From Candidatus Roizmanbacteria bacterium (GTDB lineage Bacteria; Patescibacteriota; Microgenomatia; UBA1406), in the NCBI GenBank assembly GCA_024654535.1, contig JANLHL010000042.1, positions 13,312 to 77,311 on the forward strand: 64,000 nucleotides of DNA. The letters run 5' to 3'. How positions within the stretch are numbered: position 1 is the stretch's first letter; every line of letters begins with the position of its first letter. Of the stretch, positions 51,167 through 60,285 are shown piece after piece. Below the pieces are notes generated by a model. That model saw nothing but the letters and a program-made list of their open reading frames with translations, was not told the origin of the DNA and did no database searches. The position numbers and the translations under genes were made by a program.

Positions 51167-51451
51167 ATGAGTAAAGGAGTAGAATATACAATGCAAGGAG
51201 TAGGGTGTGGCGGAGGACCTGAAGTTTTATGCTTTTCAGAGTGTGCTCGGGTAGTACTGAGTCAAGATGTTTCAACAGAGAAAGGGACTCTACAAGTTGG
51301 CACCATAGCAATATGGGAAAATACATCGCCCGAACAAGCTCGACGTGCATTAACTATGGCAGATCCTGGGTATATGTGGGCTCTATTATTTATCAAGGAG
51401 ACCAGTTTTCGTTTTTTTGCTCCATACAACTGTATTGCTATAGAGGGCTAG
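51167..51451 (+). CDS. Small hypothetical protein (94 aa)
   Basis: ORF preceded by TATAGT-tcatact-ATG, matching the leaderless signature. The competing overlapping ORFs lack such support. Confidence 0.5.
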   Translation: MSKGVEYTMQGVGCGGGPEVLCFSECARVVLSQDVSTEKGTLQVGTIAIWENTSPEQARRALTMADPGYMWALLFIKETSFRFFAPYNCIAIEG

Positions 51452-51562
51452 TAATACATCTTCTGTCTCTTCCAAGCTTTTATACATCGTGTTACAATAA
51501 CTAGTGTTTTAATGCAGATAAGAGAGACAGTCGCTTATAGCCGAAAGTTAACTGCTAATTTT

Positions 51563-51634
51563 GCCTGGGTGGCTCAGTGGTAGAGCATCCCCTTGGTAAG
51601 GGGAAGGTCGCGGGTTCAATTCCCGCCCCAGGCT
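51563..51634 (+). tRNA. tRNA-Thr (anticodon GGT)
   Basis: Manual cloverleaf: acceptor GCCTGGG/CCCAGGC, D arm GCTC-AGTGGTA-GAGC, anticodon arm TCCCC-TTGGTAA-GGGGA, T arm GCGGG-TTCAATT-CCCGC. No encoded CCA. Confidence 0.92.
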
Positions 51635-51678
51635 CACTGTGATTGCTTTTTATTTTAAATTTTGCTATCATACCAGCT

Positions 51679-51957
51679 ATGGCACGATGTTTTTTATGTC
51701 TGAAAACCAATCAAACAGGGTATCGCGTTTCGCACTCTGCGATAAAGACGAAGCGTGTTTTTAAAGCTAATTTGCACAAACTACGTATGCAGTATGGTAC
51801 GGGAGTAGTAAAAAGAACAGTGTGTTCTAAATGTTATAAGCGAATGAAAAATATATTTTGGGAAGGGAAGCCGCTTACTTTTACCCCTCTTTCATTTGTA
51901 CATCAAAAAGGTTTAAAAGAGAAAGCTCCTCAAAAACCAGCAGTATCCACAAGTTAA
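51679..51957 (+). CDS. rpmB: Ribosomal protein L28 (with C-terminal extension)
   Basis: MARCFLCLKTNQTGYRVSHSAIKTKRVFKANLHK matches the L28 N-terminal pattern. The start is moved from 43 to 79 nt past the tRNA by discarding the first 12 track codons. Confidence 0.8.
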   Translation: MARCFLCLKTNQTGYRVSHSAIKTKRVFKANLHKLRMQYGTGVVKRTVCSKCYKRMKNIFWEGKPLTFTPLSFVHQKGLKEKAPQKPAVSTS

Positions 51958-51966
51958 TATTAAGAC

Positions 51967-52143
51967 ATGGCTAAAAAAAAAGGACAACGTCAACAATTTG
52001 GATTAACTTGCACTGTTTGTAAACGACAAAATTATGTGACAGAACGAAACAAACAAAATACGCAGTCTGCATTGGGATTAAATAAATACTGCCTCAAGTG
52101 TCAAAAACACACTCCTCATAAAGAGAAAAAGAAACTTGACTAA
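51967..52143 (+). CDS. rpmG: Ribosomal protein L33 (58 aa; below ORF-track size cut-off)
   Basis: Own translation: MAKKKGQRQQFGLTCTVCKRQNYVTERNKQNTQSALGLNKYCLKCQKHTPHKEKKKLD. It has the CxxC...CxxC zinc-ribbon L33 pattern and lies directly after rpmB. Confidence 0.85.
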   Translation: MAKKKGQRQQFGLTCTVCKRQNYVTERNKQNTQSALGLNKYCLKCQKHTPHKEKKKLD

Positions 52144-52553
52144 CGAGTATTCTTGACGTAGCGTGGGTCAAATCCAGATTCTATAAGATTAAGTAATGAT
52201 TTTTCTCCCTGTACTTTTACCGCTACATTTTTAGATGAGTTTGTGAAGATGGCCGACGTAGATGAAGTTTTTGCATTTGTAGATATGCACGTAATATCTA
52301 ACGTTTTCTTTCCAAGTGTGACGGTTGCGCTTGTACTTGCTATTCGTGTAGATATATTATTTGGTACAGAGAAAAAAAATCCGCAGGGGAGTGTATAGCG
52401 TATTAGTGCTTGTGGAACGGTTGTCACCAGTATCTTTCTTTCGATCGTCTTTGTTGGAGTATCAATCATTTGGAGTTTTTTCCCAATACGTATTCCACCT
52501 AAAAGGGAAGTTACAACAAGAACGCTTAATATAATATAAATAATACGGTGCAT
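52140..52553 (-). CDS. Membrane-anchored hypothetical protein (137 aa)
   Basis: N-terminal TM IIYIILSVLVVTSLLGGI. No recognised domain. Confidence 0.55.
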   Translation of the reverse strand: MHRIIYIILSVLVVTSLLGGIRIGKKLQMIDTPTKTIERKILVTTVPQALIRYTLPCGFFFSVPNNISTRIASTSATVTLGKKTLDITCISTNAKTSSTSAIFTNSSKNVAVKVQGEKSLLNLIESGFDPRYVKNTR

Positions 52554-52581
52554 ATATAGTACTTAGTATACTATATATAAT

Positions 52582-53271
52582 TTATGGGTTGTTGGTTGGA
52601 GTAGGAGTTGTCTTTTTGTTTGCGGCACAGATAGACCAATCGTTGCTGCGAACGATACCGTCGTCATTTTGGTCGTACTTTGCATTGTTAGTGTTGAAAT
52701 TCGTCTTATAATCTTCGATATTACACACAGTATCTTTTACCACCGGTTCGCTCGGTGAAGGGGTAGAGCTTGGAGTAGACGTTATCGAATTGGTAGGAGT
52801 TGAATTCGCAAGGGTTGGCGTTACTGATGTATCTGGACTAGGGGAAATGGTTGTTTGGGGTGGTGTTGGTGATAGAGAACTTTCACCAAGGGTAGTAAGT
52901 GTCCATGGGACACCACCGTTTGAGAATTTTTTATCTGCAGTGCTAATCTGGAAATAATAGGTAGTTTCAGGGGTAAGTAAATTCAACTCCACCTCATGAT
53001 TTTTTGTTTTGGTAGATTCTGGAGCAAAAAAAGTCAGAGACGTCGGGGATGTTCCATATTCAATGACACTTTGCGATTCGCTATCGGTAGTCCACGTTAC
53101 TTTTGCACTGGTTTGTGTAATTTTACTTATCGCCACGTCTTTTGGTGCAATATTTGAAGCAGAAACAAATTTGTCTTTGAGTAAATTAAACAGAATAACA
53201 CCAACAAGTACAATTCCGACAACACCTAATGTGATGGTTGCAACTCTAATCTGTTTTTCTTTTAATGCCAT
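52582..53271 (-). CDS. Membrane-anchored fibronectin type III domain protein with Pro/Thr/Ser linker and dockerin/EF-hand-like C-terminal motif
   Basis: FN3-like ISKITQTSAKVTWTTDSESQSVIEYGTSP...TYYFQIS. C-terminal DQNDDGIVRSNDWSIC. Confidence 0.65.
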   Translation of the reverse strand: MALKEKQIRVATITLGVVGIVLVGVILFNLLKDKFVSASNIAPKDVAISKITQTSAKVTWTTDSESQSVIEYGTSPTSLTFFAPESTKTKNHEVELNLLTPETTYYFQISTADKKFSNGGVPWTLTTLGESSLSPTPPQTTISPSPDTSVTPTLANSTPTNSITSTPSSTPSPSEPVVKDTVCNIEDYKTNFNTNNAKYDQNDDGIVRSNDWSICAANKKTTPTPTNNP

Positions 53272-53292
53272 AGAGTAATGATAGCAAATAAT

Positions 53293-53913
53293 TTACTTTT
53301 CAAGAAGAAGTGTACACTCAAGCGCAGTTATTGGATCTATGTTATATGCGTCAATAGATTGCCGTGCTGTAAGGAGATTTTTACAGTGACGAGCAGACGC
53401 AGGATTTTTGTACATAGTGTTCGTGCTCTTTAGAAGTAGTGTATCTATAAATGCCAATCCATCTTCGCGGGTTCGCTTTGCTTTTTCACGTGTCCATGTA
53501 CGAACGACAAGAGGTATATCGTCAAGTATTTCTTCTGAAATCACTCGTGTAAGGTGTATGCTTTGGCAGCGTGATAGTATTGTCTGCACAATTTGTTGTT
53601 CATTTGTACAGATAAGGCAGTACAGAAGATACGGTGGTTGTTCTTCAAGCGTCTTAAGGAAAGCGTTTTGTGTTTGAATAGTTGCAGTATCAAATCCCCA
53701 CACGACGCATACAATAGATTGTGTCTGTTGTATTGATGACAGGCGCATAATAGTACGAAGCTTCTCAATGGTAAGGTCACCTTCTGTGTTTGTTTCTACA
53801 ACCCGAGCCTCTTTAAAAGTATTTTCAATGTATTTGATTACTTTATCTTTATCTCCACTTTGTATGAGAAGTGGTATGGCGTTTCTTGTTTCCATTGACA
53901 TGGGTTTTTTCAT
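53293..53913 (-). CDS. holB: DNA polymerase III delta-prime-like subunit, short form lacking the N-terminal P-loop region
   Basis: TQNAFLKTLEEQPP and ILSRCQSIHL. Only 206 aa and no GxxGxGK seen. Confidence 0.65.
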   Translation of the reverse strand: MKKPMSMETRNAIPLLIQSGDKDKVIKYIENTFKEARVVETNTEGDLTIEKLRTIMRLSSIQQTQSIVCVVWGFDTATIQTQNAFLKTLEEQPPYLLYCLICTNEQQIVQTILSRCQSIHLTRVISEEILDDIPLVVRTWTREKAKRTREDGLAFIDTLLLKSTNTMYKNPASARHCKNLLTARQSIDAYNIDPITALECTLLLEK

Positions 53914-53954
53914 CTGATAGAGTGAATACTCTATTATAAGTCAATATACAGAAC

Positions 53955-54272
53955 ATGCAACATATAACAGATCCGAAAGTGTTTGAAAAAGAAGTTTTGA
54001 AATCGGAGAAACCTGTTATCGTGGATTTTTATGCAGACTGGTGTGGACCGTGTCGTGTGCTCGCTCCAACAATAGAGGAACTAGATAAGGCACGAAAAGA
54101 CATTCTGGTTGTGAAAGTGAATGTTGACGAAGCACAAGATCTTGCTATGCAATATCGCGTTATGAGTATTCCGACAGTATTGTTGTTTAATGATGGAAAA
54201 GTCGCCAAGCAATTTGTCGGTGTACAAAGTAAAAATGCATTTGAAGATGCAGTAGCAGAACTGAAAATCTGA
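53955..54272 (+). CDS. trxA: Thioredoxin
   Basis: VDFYADWCGPCRVLAP, MSIPTVLLF. 105 aa. Confidence 0.92.
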   Translation: MQHITDPKVFEKEVLKSEKPVIVDFYADWCGPCRVLAPTIEELDKARKDILVVKVNVDEAQDLAMQYRVMSIPTVLLFNDGKVAKQFVGVQSKNAFEDAVAELKI

Positions 54273-54276
54273 CTGC

Positions 54277-54305
54277 TTGCATAATGAAGGCGTTCTGTAT
54301 ATAAT
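54277..54305 (+). promoter_or_regulatory. Consensus-like promoter of rplJ-rplL (TTGCAT-17-TATAAT) followed by a ~60-nt leader with strong SD
   Basis: TTGCAT at 54277-54282, 17-nt spacer, TATAAT at 54300-54305. The leader ends in GGAGGAG about 7 nt before ATG 54369. Confidence 0.55.
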
Positions 54306-54368
54306 ACTAGAGCTTCCTAAGAAGAGAGCATTCCATAAGTTGGATATAAGACTTTCGGAGGAGAATAT

Positions 54369-54929
54369 ATGAAACTTAAATTTAGACTACAACACATACC
54401 TCGTGAACTTCGCGTTAAACGAGTTCAAGGCATTGATGCCGATTTGGAGAATGCGAAATCTATTATTTTGTTCAAGAGCTTAGGCGTTCCTCACACAATG
54501 TTTGAGCAATTGCGTGCCACATTAGATCAGCATAGCGCAAAACTACGATTTCTAAAAAATACTCTTTTCAAAATTGCGGCAAAAGGTAAAAAATTACCGG
54601 AAGGACTTTATAGCGATAAGATACTTTTTGGCCCAACCGGTGCTATTGTTATTTATTCCGATGATTTTATTCCTGCGCTAAAAGCATTTGTCGAGGCGTT
54701 TAAAGATGATGAGCGTATAGAATATAAAATAGGATATATAGAAAATACGTTGTATGAGGGTGAAAAAATAATAGCTTTTGCAAGTATACCTTCTCGTGAT
54801 CAGTTGATTGCACAGCTAGCGATGGTATTGAAGAACCCACTTATGCGTTTGCATAGAGCGCTTACCTTTGACACAACCCGACTTGTCAGAGGATTGAAAC
54901 AGGTAGTGAACCAGAAATCTACATCATAA
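54369..54929 (+). CDS. rplJ: Ribosomal protein L10
   Basis: Position upstream of rplL. L10-like pattern LRATLDQHSAKLRFLKNTL...LFGPTGAIVIY...IPSRDQLIAQLAMVLKNP. Confidence 0.8.
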   Translation: MKLKFRLQHIPRELRVKRVQGIDADLENAKSIILFKSLGVPHTMFEQLRATLDQHSAKLRFLKNTLFKIAAKGKKLPEGLYSDKILFGPTGAIVIYSDDFIPALKAFVEAFKDDERIEYKIGYIENTLYEGEKIIAFASIPSRDQLIAQLAMVLKNPLMRLHRALTFDTTRLVRGLKQVVNQKSTS

Positions 54930-54956
54930 ATTATACGAATGAGGGGAGATGAGACT

Positions 54957-55337
54957 ATGTCTGAAAAAGTTGAAAAAATAATCAAAGAAATAGAAGAAAT
55001 GAAAGTAGTAGATCTTAATGAGCTTGTAAAAGCCATTGAAGATAAGTTTGGCGTATCTGCAATGCCAGTAGCGGTTGCCACACAAGCACAAGCCGCTGGT
55101 GCAGCAGAGCCAGTAGAGGAAAAAACTACGTTTAATGTTGTATTAACCGATGCTGGAGCAAATAAACTGCAAGTAATTAAAGCAGTTCGCGAAGTTGATC
55201 AAAATCTTGGTCTCATCGACGCAAAGAAATTGGTAGAGTCAGCACCAAAAGAGATACTTAAGGGTGCTAAGAAAGAGGATGCAGAAGAAGCAAAAAAGAA
55301 ACTAGAAGCAGCGGGAGCAAAAGTAGAGCTGAAATAA
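54957..55337 (+). CDS. rplL: Ribosomal protein L7/L12
   Basis: [33 protein letters not shown], an Ala-rich hinge, and C-terminus [54 protein letters not shown]. Confidence 0.92.
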   Translation: MSEKVEKIIKEIEEMKVVDLNELVKAIEDKFGVSAMPVAVATQAQAAGAAEPVEEKTTFNVVLTDAGANKLQVIKAVREVDQNLGLIDAKKLVESAPKEILKGAKKEDAEEAKKKLEAAGAKVELK

Positions 55338-55355
55338 GAAATAATGTAATTATTC

Positions 55356-55395
55356 CACCAGGAGATTTGGTTTCACAATCTCCTGGTGTTTTTTT
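55356..55395 (+). terminator. Rho-independent terminator after rplL
   Basis: Perfect 12-bp stem caccaggagatt/aatctcctggtg, 9-nt loop, then T7. Confidence 0.85.
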
Positions 55396-55461
55396 AAACA
55401 CTCATCCAAATATGTAGTAGTTTGACTTGTTTTTTTATGCTATGCCCTATATAATACAGGT

Positions 55462-55677
55462 ATGTCAGATAACGCAAAAGGATCACTATCTTTGCAAGAG
55501 ATGCCAGACTTACTCACTATAGACGAAGTCGCTCGCTTGTTGCGCGTCTCTAAAATCACGCTCAAGAGATGGGGTAAAAAAGGAAAATTACCTGCTATTC
55601 GTATAAATTCACGCGGCGATAGGCGCTACAAAAAAGAAGAGGTTTTGCGCTTTTTAGGTATGAAAAGTGAACTCTAA
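55462..55677 (+). CDS. Excisionase/MerR-superfamily helix-turn-helix DNA-binding protein (71 aa)
   Basis: LLTIDEVARLLRVSKITLKRWGKKGKLPAIRINSRGDRRYKKEEV. Leaderless signature TATAAT-acaggt-ATG. Confidence 0.75.
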   Translation: MSDNAKGSLSLQEMPDLLTIDEVARLLRVSKITLKRWGKKGKLPAIRINSRGDRRYKKEEVLRFLGMKSEL

Positions 55678-55705
55678 TCCGAATAGTGTTGCGTGGAATT
55701 AATGG

Positions 55706-56269
55706 TTAAAGCTCAATGGGTTCGAATTCTTCTGTTTTTCCTTTTTTGACTATTCTATAGAGTGTTTTATTTTGTTCAAGTGCTCGTTGCGTAAATAATT
55801 TACCCTGTAGATGGTCGAGTTCATGCTGTATGATGTGTGATTCAAATCCACGTCCTTCGTAAGTTAAAACCGTGCCGTCGACATCTTGATACCGAATAGT
55901 AACAGACTTATACCTATTGACCGCTGACCATACATTTTTTACCGATAGACATCCCTCTAATATATCTTTCTTCGCTTTTTTTGCTTCGTGTACGGATTTT
56001 GATTTTTTGAGTATGATTGGATTAATGAAGGTTCGTACTGGTTCATTTGTATCGCTTTTCATAATAAAAATCTGAAGTGCAAGTCCTACTTGTGGTGCTG
56101 CAAGTCCAACCCCTTCAGGATCTTTGCAATGTAGTAAAATCTCTTTCATTTCTTCAACAATAGTACGCAATTTGCTATTAAATGCGGTGACTTTACGCGT
56201 CTTTGTATTGAGAATAACGTCTGGTGTGTAAATGAGTCGCAACTTCATGTGTTGCATTATAACATGCAA
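55706..56269 (-). CDS. def: Peptide deformylase
   Basis: GVGLAAPQVG, EGCLS and QHELDHLQG. Confidence 0.92.
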   Translation of the reverse strand: MHVIMQHMKLRLIYTPDVILNTKTRKVTAFNSKLRTIVEEMKEILLHCKDPEGVGLAAPQVGLALQIFIMKSDTNEPVRTFINPIILKKSKSVHEAKKAKKDILEGCLSVKNVWSAVNRYKSVTIRYQDVDGTVLTYEGRGFESHIIQHELDHLQGKLFTQRALEQNKTLYRIVKKGKTEEFEPIEL

Positions 56270-56287
56270 TAGAGTTTTGTTGATATG

Positions 56288-56995
56288 TTAGAGTAACAAA
56301 GGAATAGCACCGATGAGGATAAATAGACTTGCCAACATAAGCTGAGGAATCAGTGCAACCATATTAAAACCGCCTGTATTGGGTATGCTCGTCGGAGTTG
56401 CTGTAACAGTTCCTGCAGTCGTTGGCGTAGCCGTTGTTCCAGTTGGGGTAGGTGTAGTTGATCCATTTGAGGTTATAGTATAGGAACCAGCTACGAGAGA
56501 GCTACAGGTTAATACATCTATATCTGACTGACTACTTGTCTCTGACTTTGAAATGTTCGAATCGTTTAACTGTCCTTGTGTACAGTCGAACTTTACGCTT
56601 GCGGTTCCGGCCGTCAGTGCCTTGAAGGTAATGGTAGCGAGCTCGCCTTTACCACTCACCACGGCGTCAACACTATTAACAATTCCAGATATTACGAGAG
56701 TTCCATTGTTGTCTGAATGGAGGACTGTTGGATAAAATGTACCGTCTGCGACGCTGTCAACTGCGAGGAGGGTATTGTCAAACTGTATAACTGCATCAGC
56801 ACTAGTCGTATTTACACTTTCTGTATCAACGAGCACCTTTACGGTAAAGGTAGCATCTTTTGCATATGTTCCAGTTGCTGGGTTAAATTCCATTTTTCCT
56901 GCAAAAACACTTTGTGCATGAATTGCGCTAGTAAAAATAGTCAGGACAATAATAGTACTTACTACTTTTACGATTCTTGAATAATAAAATCTCAT
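56288..56995 (-). CDS. Cohesin-domain surface protein with IPNTG sortase-type sorting signal
   Basis: Signal peptide. Cohesin-like ATFTVKVLVDTESVNTTSADAVIQFDNTLLAVDSV...GKGELATITFKALTAGTASVKF. C-terminus SIPNTGGFNMVALIPQLMLASLFILIGAIPLLL. Confidence 0.7.
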   Translation of the reverse strand: MRFYYSRIVKVVSTIIVLTIFTSAIHAQSVFAGKMEFNPATGTYAKDATFTVKVLVDTESVNTTSADAVIQFDNTLLAVDSVADGTFYPTVLHSDNNGTLVISGIVNSVDAVVSGKGELATITFKALTAGTASVKFDCTQGQLNDSNISKSETSSQSDIDVLTCSSLVAGSYTITSNGSTTPTPTGTTATPTTAGTVTATPTSIPNTGGFNMVALIPQLMLASLFILIGAIPLLL

Positions 56996-57546
56996 TGTAT
57001 TGTAAGTTGCAATGGTAACACTCGTGATAATTGATTTTTTGTGCTTGAACCAAACAGAAGTGTACTTGTCATACCCGTCTCTGAGAGCAATGGCTTAATC
57101 GATGTTACGCCTTTTTTGAGAAGAGTAAACGGGATGGTAACTATGTTATTATTTTGGGATTTAGTGGTAGCCGCATCGTCTTTGTTAAGCAAGGAAATAA
57201 CAAGAGTGTCGCTACCGGGTAAAACTCGTACCACCGTATAGTCAGCTGAAACAAGTCCATCTTGATTAAAGGCAAGAAACACAGGGTCATAGGTGAGTAC
57301 AATGTCAGTGGCACTAATGTCGTACGTTGCATCGGTGCTTACCGTTACTTTGATGGTAGTACCTACCTGCAATTTTGCCGAAGGTATAGTGACCTTCAAT
57401 GTTGTCCCTGTGCGATTTATTTGTTTACTCTCTGATTGTACAGGTTCTTTTTGTTGAACGTATCGTATGCTGATAACTAAACCAAAAAGGAACAAGGTAG
57501 TTATTAGTACAACAATTGCTGTAAAAATATGTTTATTAATTTTCAT
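56992..57546 (-). CDS. Membrane-anchored cohesin-like domain protein
   Basis: TM IFTAIVVLITTLFLFGLVISI. Cohesin-like GTTIKVTVSTDATYDISATDIVLTYDPVFLAF...IVTIPFTLLKKG. Start taken at MKINKHIF. Confidence 0.6.
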   Translation of the reverse strand: MKINKHIFTAIVVLITTLFLFGLVISIRYVQQKEPVQSESKQINRTGTTLKVTIPSAKLQVGTTIKVTVSTDATYDISATDIVLTYDPVFLAFNQDGLVSADYTVVRVLPGSDTLVISLLNKDDAATTKSQNNNIVTIPFTLLKKGVTSIKPLLSETGMTSTLLFGSSTKNQLSRVLPLQLTIQ

Positions 57547-58774
57547 CTGCATATCCTTTCTGTAGCTCGCCAAGTAGTAATGAATAATCTGCGCCATTTA
57601 TAACACCGTCGCAGTTAAGATCTCCAACTGTAAGATCGGCTGAGGTAGTTTTGTAAAATAAATTCTTAACAGTTAAAAGATCACGCATATCTGCTATACC
57701 ATTCTGAACTGCAATGTCACCAAGCGGCACAGCAACTGCACTTAAGTTAGCATCGAGTGAAGTAGTTGTTGTGCCTATAGTAATTGAGCCGCTACTACAG
57801 TTATATCGACCATTTGTACCATTTTGTGGGTTGAGCACACAAAATCTTTTTTGCGTATGATGTGGACCTTTTATCAGTATTTGATAATCAGGAGCTGCTA
57901 CCACATTGTCAAATTGAGTTGTTGCAGAGAAAGTACCATCAGTATTTGCTGTAAACGAAACATTGGATTTGCTGAGACGTGTGTTCGTAGACTGTGATAC
58001 TAGTTGAACCTTGCCCTTTATTGTGCTACATGCTTGTGGCACTGAATTTGTGAATGGATTGAATCGAACTTTTGTTTTTAGTTCTACCGTTTTTCCGTTC
58101 CCTCCTGAACCCTGATGATTAACTGCTATATGGAGTGTTTTTAGCAAACGATCATTATCAGTACCCAATTCGTTTTGGGGCAAAAGCGCGAATTTGTAGT
58201 TTGCTATGGGTCCAACGGCACTACTTGGTGCTGAGACGAAAATAATATTTGCTGGATCGGCGGTGAGAAGTCGAAAGGTAAGTGTAAATAAAACTTGATT
58301 TGATAGTTCATTTGTAGAGCGGTCGGATACTAAAGTGAGTTGTAGTAATTTACCTTCATTAAAGTCTCTTACTTTCTCAAATACAGGAGTAAACATAGGT
58401 GTATTATTTGTATCCTTTGTGAGAACGGTCACCGCTTCATACGCGATACTATTAATACCTACTTGATTGTAATTGAAGAAAAAATTTGTGGCAGAAAGCT
58501 TTTCTGTAGCAACTGCGGAAACCTTAACAGTAATAACATCTCCAGGGTTTCCAGTAATAGTACATGATCGATTAGTGGACGTTGTTACACAATCACCGAC
58601 GCTCATAGACACGTTCACCGACGGTCCGGTTTGTGCTGCCGCTTTGCTTTTATAAGTTTGTTTTATCCCAATCTGTAGTAAAAGACTTACAAGGCTGAGG
58701 GCTAAACCAACTATTACCAATAGTACTACAGTGGAAATGTGACTCTGTTTGTGCCATTTTTGTATCGTATTCAT
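57536..58774 (-). CDS. Membrane-anchored protein with cohesin-like N-domain and C-terminal dockerin motif
   Basis: GDVITVKVSAVATEKLSATNFFFNYNQVGINSI. C-terminal GDLNCDGVINGADYSLLLGEL (dockerin/EF-hand repeat). Confidence 0.7.
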   Translation of the reverse strand: MNTIQKWHKQSHISTVVLLVIVGLALSLVSLLLQIGIKQTYKSKAAAQTGPSVNVSMSVGDCVTTSTNRSCTITGNPGDVITVKVSAVATEKLSATNFFFNYNQVGINSIAYEAVTVLTKDTNNTPMFTPVFEKVRDFNEGKLLQLTLVSDRSTNELSNQVLFTLTFRLLTADPANIIFVSAPSSAVGPIANYKFALLPQNELGTDNDRLLKTLHIAVNHQGSGGNGKTVELKTKVRFNPFTNSVPQACSTIKGKVQLVSQSTNTRLSKSNVSFTANTDGTFSATTQFDNVVAAPDYQILIKGPHHTQKRFCVLNPQNGTNGRYNCSSGSITIGTTTTSLDANLSAVAVPLGDIAVQNGIADMRDLLTVKNLFYKTTSADLTVGDLNCDGVINGADYSLLLGELQKGYADEN

Positions 58775-58796
58775 TATATATGTTTGTTTATAACTT

Positions 58797-60278
58797 TCAC
58801 TGAGCTACCGGTGTTGGTGTTGCAACAATAATATCGATTGTTCTTTTTCCAGTAGTCCATTCATCAGTATCCCATACCACATTTTTTTCTTGAGCAGTAG
58901 TTGATGTGTATGTAAACTCTTGTGCCCTTTCAGGTACTCCTGTAACGCCGACTACTATATAGCTAGAAGGGTTGTATTGAATGCCTGCTCCTGCCTTACA
59001 AACACCACTTTGAATATCTGTTGTGAGAGTTGTTGTGTTTGTGTTTCGATTATCATGTCGACAAGAATTTACTCCCTGAGATTGAAGAAAGCTAGTACTG
59101 CATTGCCCAGAACTCGTAAGACACTGCAGTCTATACACGTTCGCGGCAACTGGCTCACCTTGTTGATTTTTTATATTTATTTGTACTTGCGATACAGGGG
59201 TTGGCGTAGGTGGTATCGGCGTGGGTGTGCTTGTTGGGACATATTTGAGTGCGCGAATTTTCTCAAAATCGACGATATCTACAATTTCATCACCATTTAA
59301 ATCTTGTGATTTGTATGTGCTTGCATAGGTAAATTCTTCTTTCCAAACTCCAATATTTGGTTCACACGCAGTTGTGCAATTTGCAGGGTTTGCAACTCTC
59401 AGTGGTTTGCACATGTACCCCTGAGTACTGGTTGTCCTGTGTGCAGCATTTGCTGTATAGTCGTTGGCAACACTCTCTATACTCCAGTTTAGATATCTAT
59501 TATTAGGGAAAATATTTCGAGAAACTACTAAGTCTGTCTGAGAGCCAGTATAGGCATGTTGGATAGATTTTGTGCTTTTCCAAATATCTGTTGAGTCTGC
59601 TACGAGCCATAGTGGTGAGGGTATATCAGGGTATTCTGATCGAAAAACGTAATCTGTCGTTTCTACTGAAGGAGATTTTGACCATTGAAACGTTGCTGTC
59701 CAGCCGTCATTACTACACACGGGTGGTTCCGTAAGCTTGGCAGGAGGTAAAAGCACAATAGTTGGAGTTGGGGTAGGAGGAACAGACGTTGGAGTTGGCG
59801 GGTTTTGAGCGCTCGTAGGGGTCGCAGTCGGTGGATTTCCAGTGCCCGTTGGTGTGGGTGTATTTCCTCCGCCATTTCCACAACTTGTGTCGGCTGTACA
59901 CACATCTGCGACCGCATCGGGGCACTTTGTATCGGTACAAGTACCATTCCACGTTTGTTTATAGTCGTATACAATCCCTGTACGTCTATCACCGATAGAA
60001 CATGAACCCGCACCACATGTCCCATTTATTGTTTCTGTTCGTCGGCAACTTGCGCTGCACTGTGGTTGGGGTGTTGGCGTGATCGTGGGAGGGATTGGGG
60101 TGTTAGTTGACAAGGGTGGGCAATCAGATTGAAAATCAACGCATGTAACGCCATCAGAGCATAGTGTTTGACCAGAATAGCAGCTTGCGTAGATATAACT
60201 ACGTGGAAAAACAAGAACAAATACATATGCACATAGAGCAATTGCTAACGACATAAAAACCACCGTATTTATTTTCAT
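58797..60278 (-). CDS. Secreted Cys-rich protein with Pro/Thr linkers and a dockerin-like motif
   Basis: Start MKINTVVFMSLAIALCAYVFVLVF avoids overlap with the upstream gene. Multiple Cys clusters and TPTPT linkers. DLNGDEIVDIVDFEKIRAL. Confidence 0.65.
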   Translation of the reverse strand: MKINTVVFMSLAIALCAYVFVLVFPRSYIYASCYSGQTLCSDGVTCVDFQSDCPPLSTNTPIPPTITPTPQPQCSASCRRTETINGTCGAGSCSIGDRRTGIVYDYKQTWNGTCTDTKCPDAVADVCTADTSCGNGGGNTPTPTGTGNPPTATPTSAQNPPTPTSVPPTPTPTIVLLPPAKLTEPPVCSNDGWTATFQWSKSPSVETTDYVFRSEYPDIPSPLWLVADSTDIWKSTKSIQHAYTGSQTDLVVSRNIFPNNRYLNWSIESVANDYTANAAHRTTSTQGYMCKPLRVANPANCTTACEPNIGVWKEEFTYASTYKSQDLNGDEIVDIVDFEKIRALKYVPTSTPTPIPPTPTPVSQVQINIKNQQGEPVAANVYRLQCLTSSGQCSTSFLQSQGVNSCRHDNRNTNTTTLTTDIQSGVCKAGAGIQYNPSSYIVVGVTGVPERAQEFTYTSTTAQEKNVVWDTDEWTTGKRTIDIIVATPTPVAQ

Positions 60279-60285
60279 ACTACAT

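Noticed and set aside
51229-51504. Alternative 91-aa (+) and 61-aa (-) ORFs overlapping 51167..51451.
   Set aside because: Only the 51167 start has the TATAGT-N7-ATG signature. The alternatives are Cys/Ser/Leu-rich with no support. Even the retained ORF is only moderate confidence.
55462-55677. Excisionase-like HTH gene as a marker of an integrated prophage or island.
   Set aside because: There is no integrase, recombinase, phage structural gene, att-like direct repeat or compositional break nearby. Small stand-alone HTH proteins of this type are common regulators.
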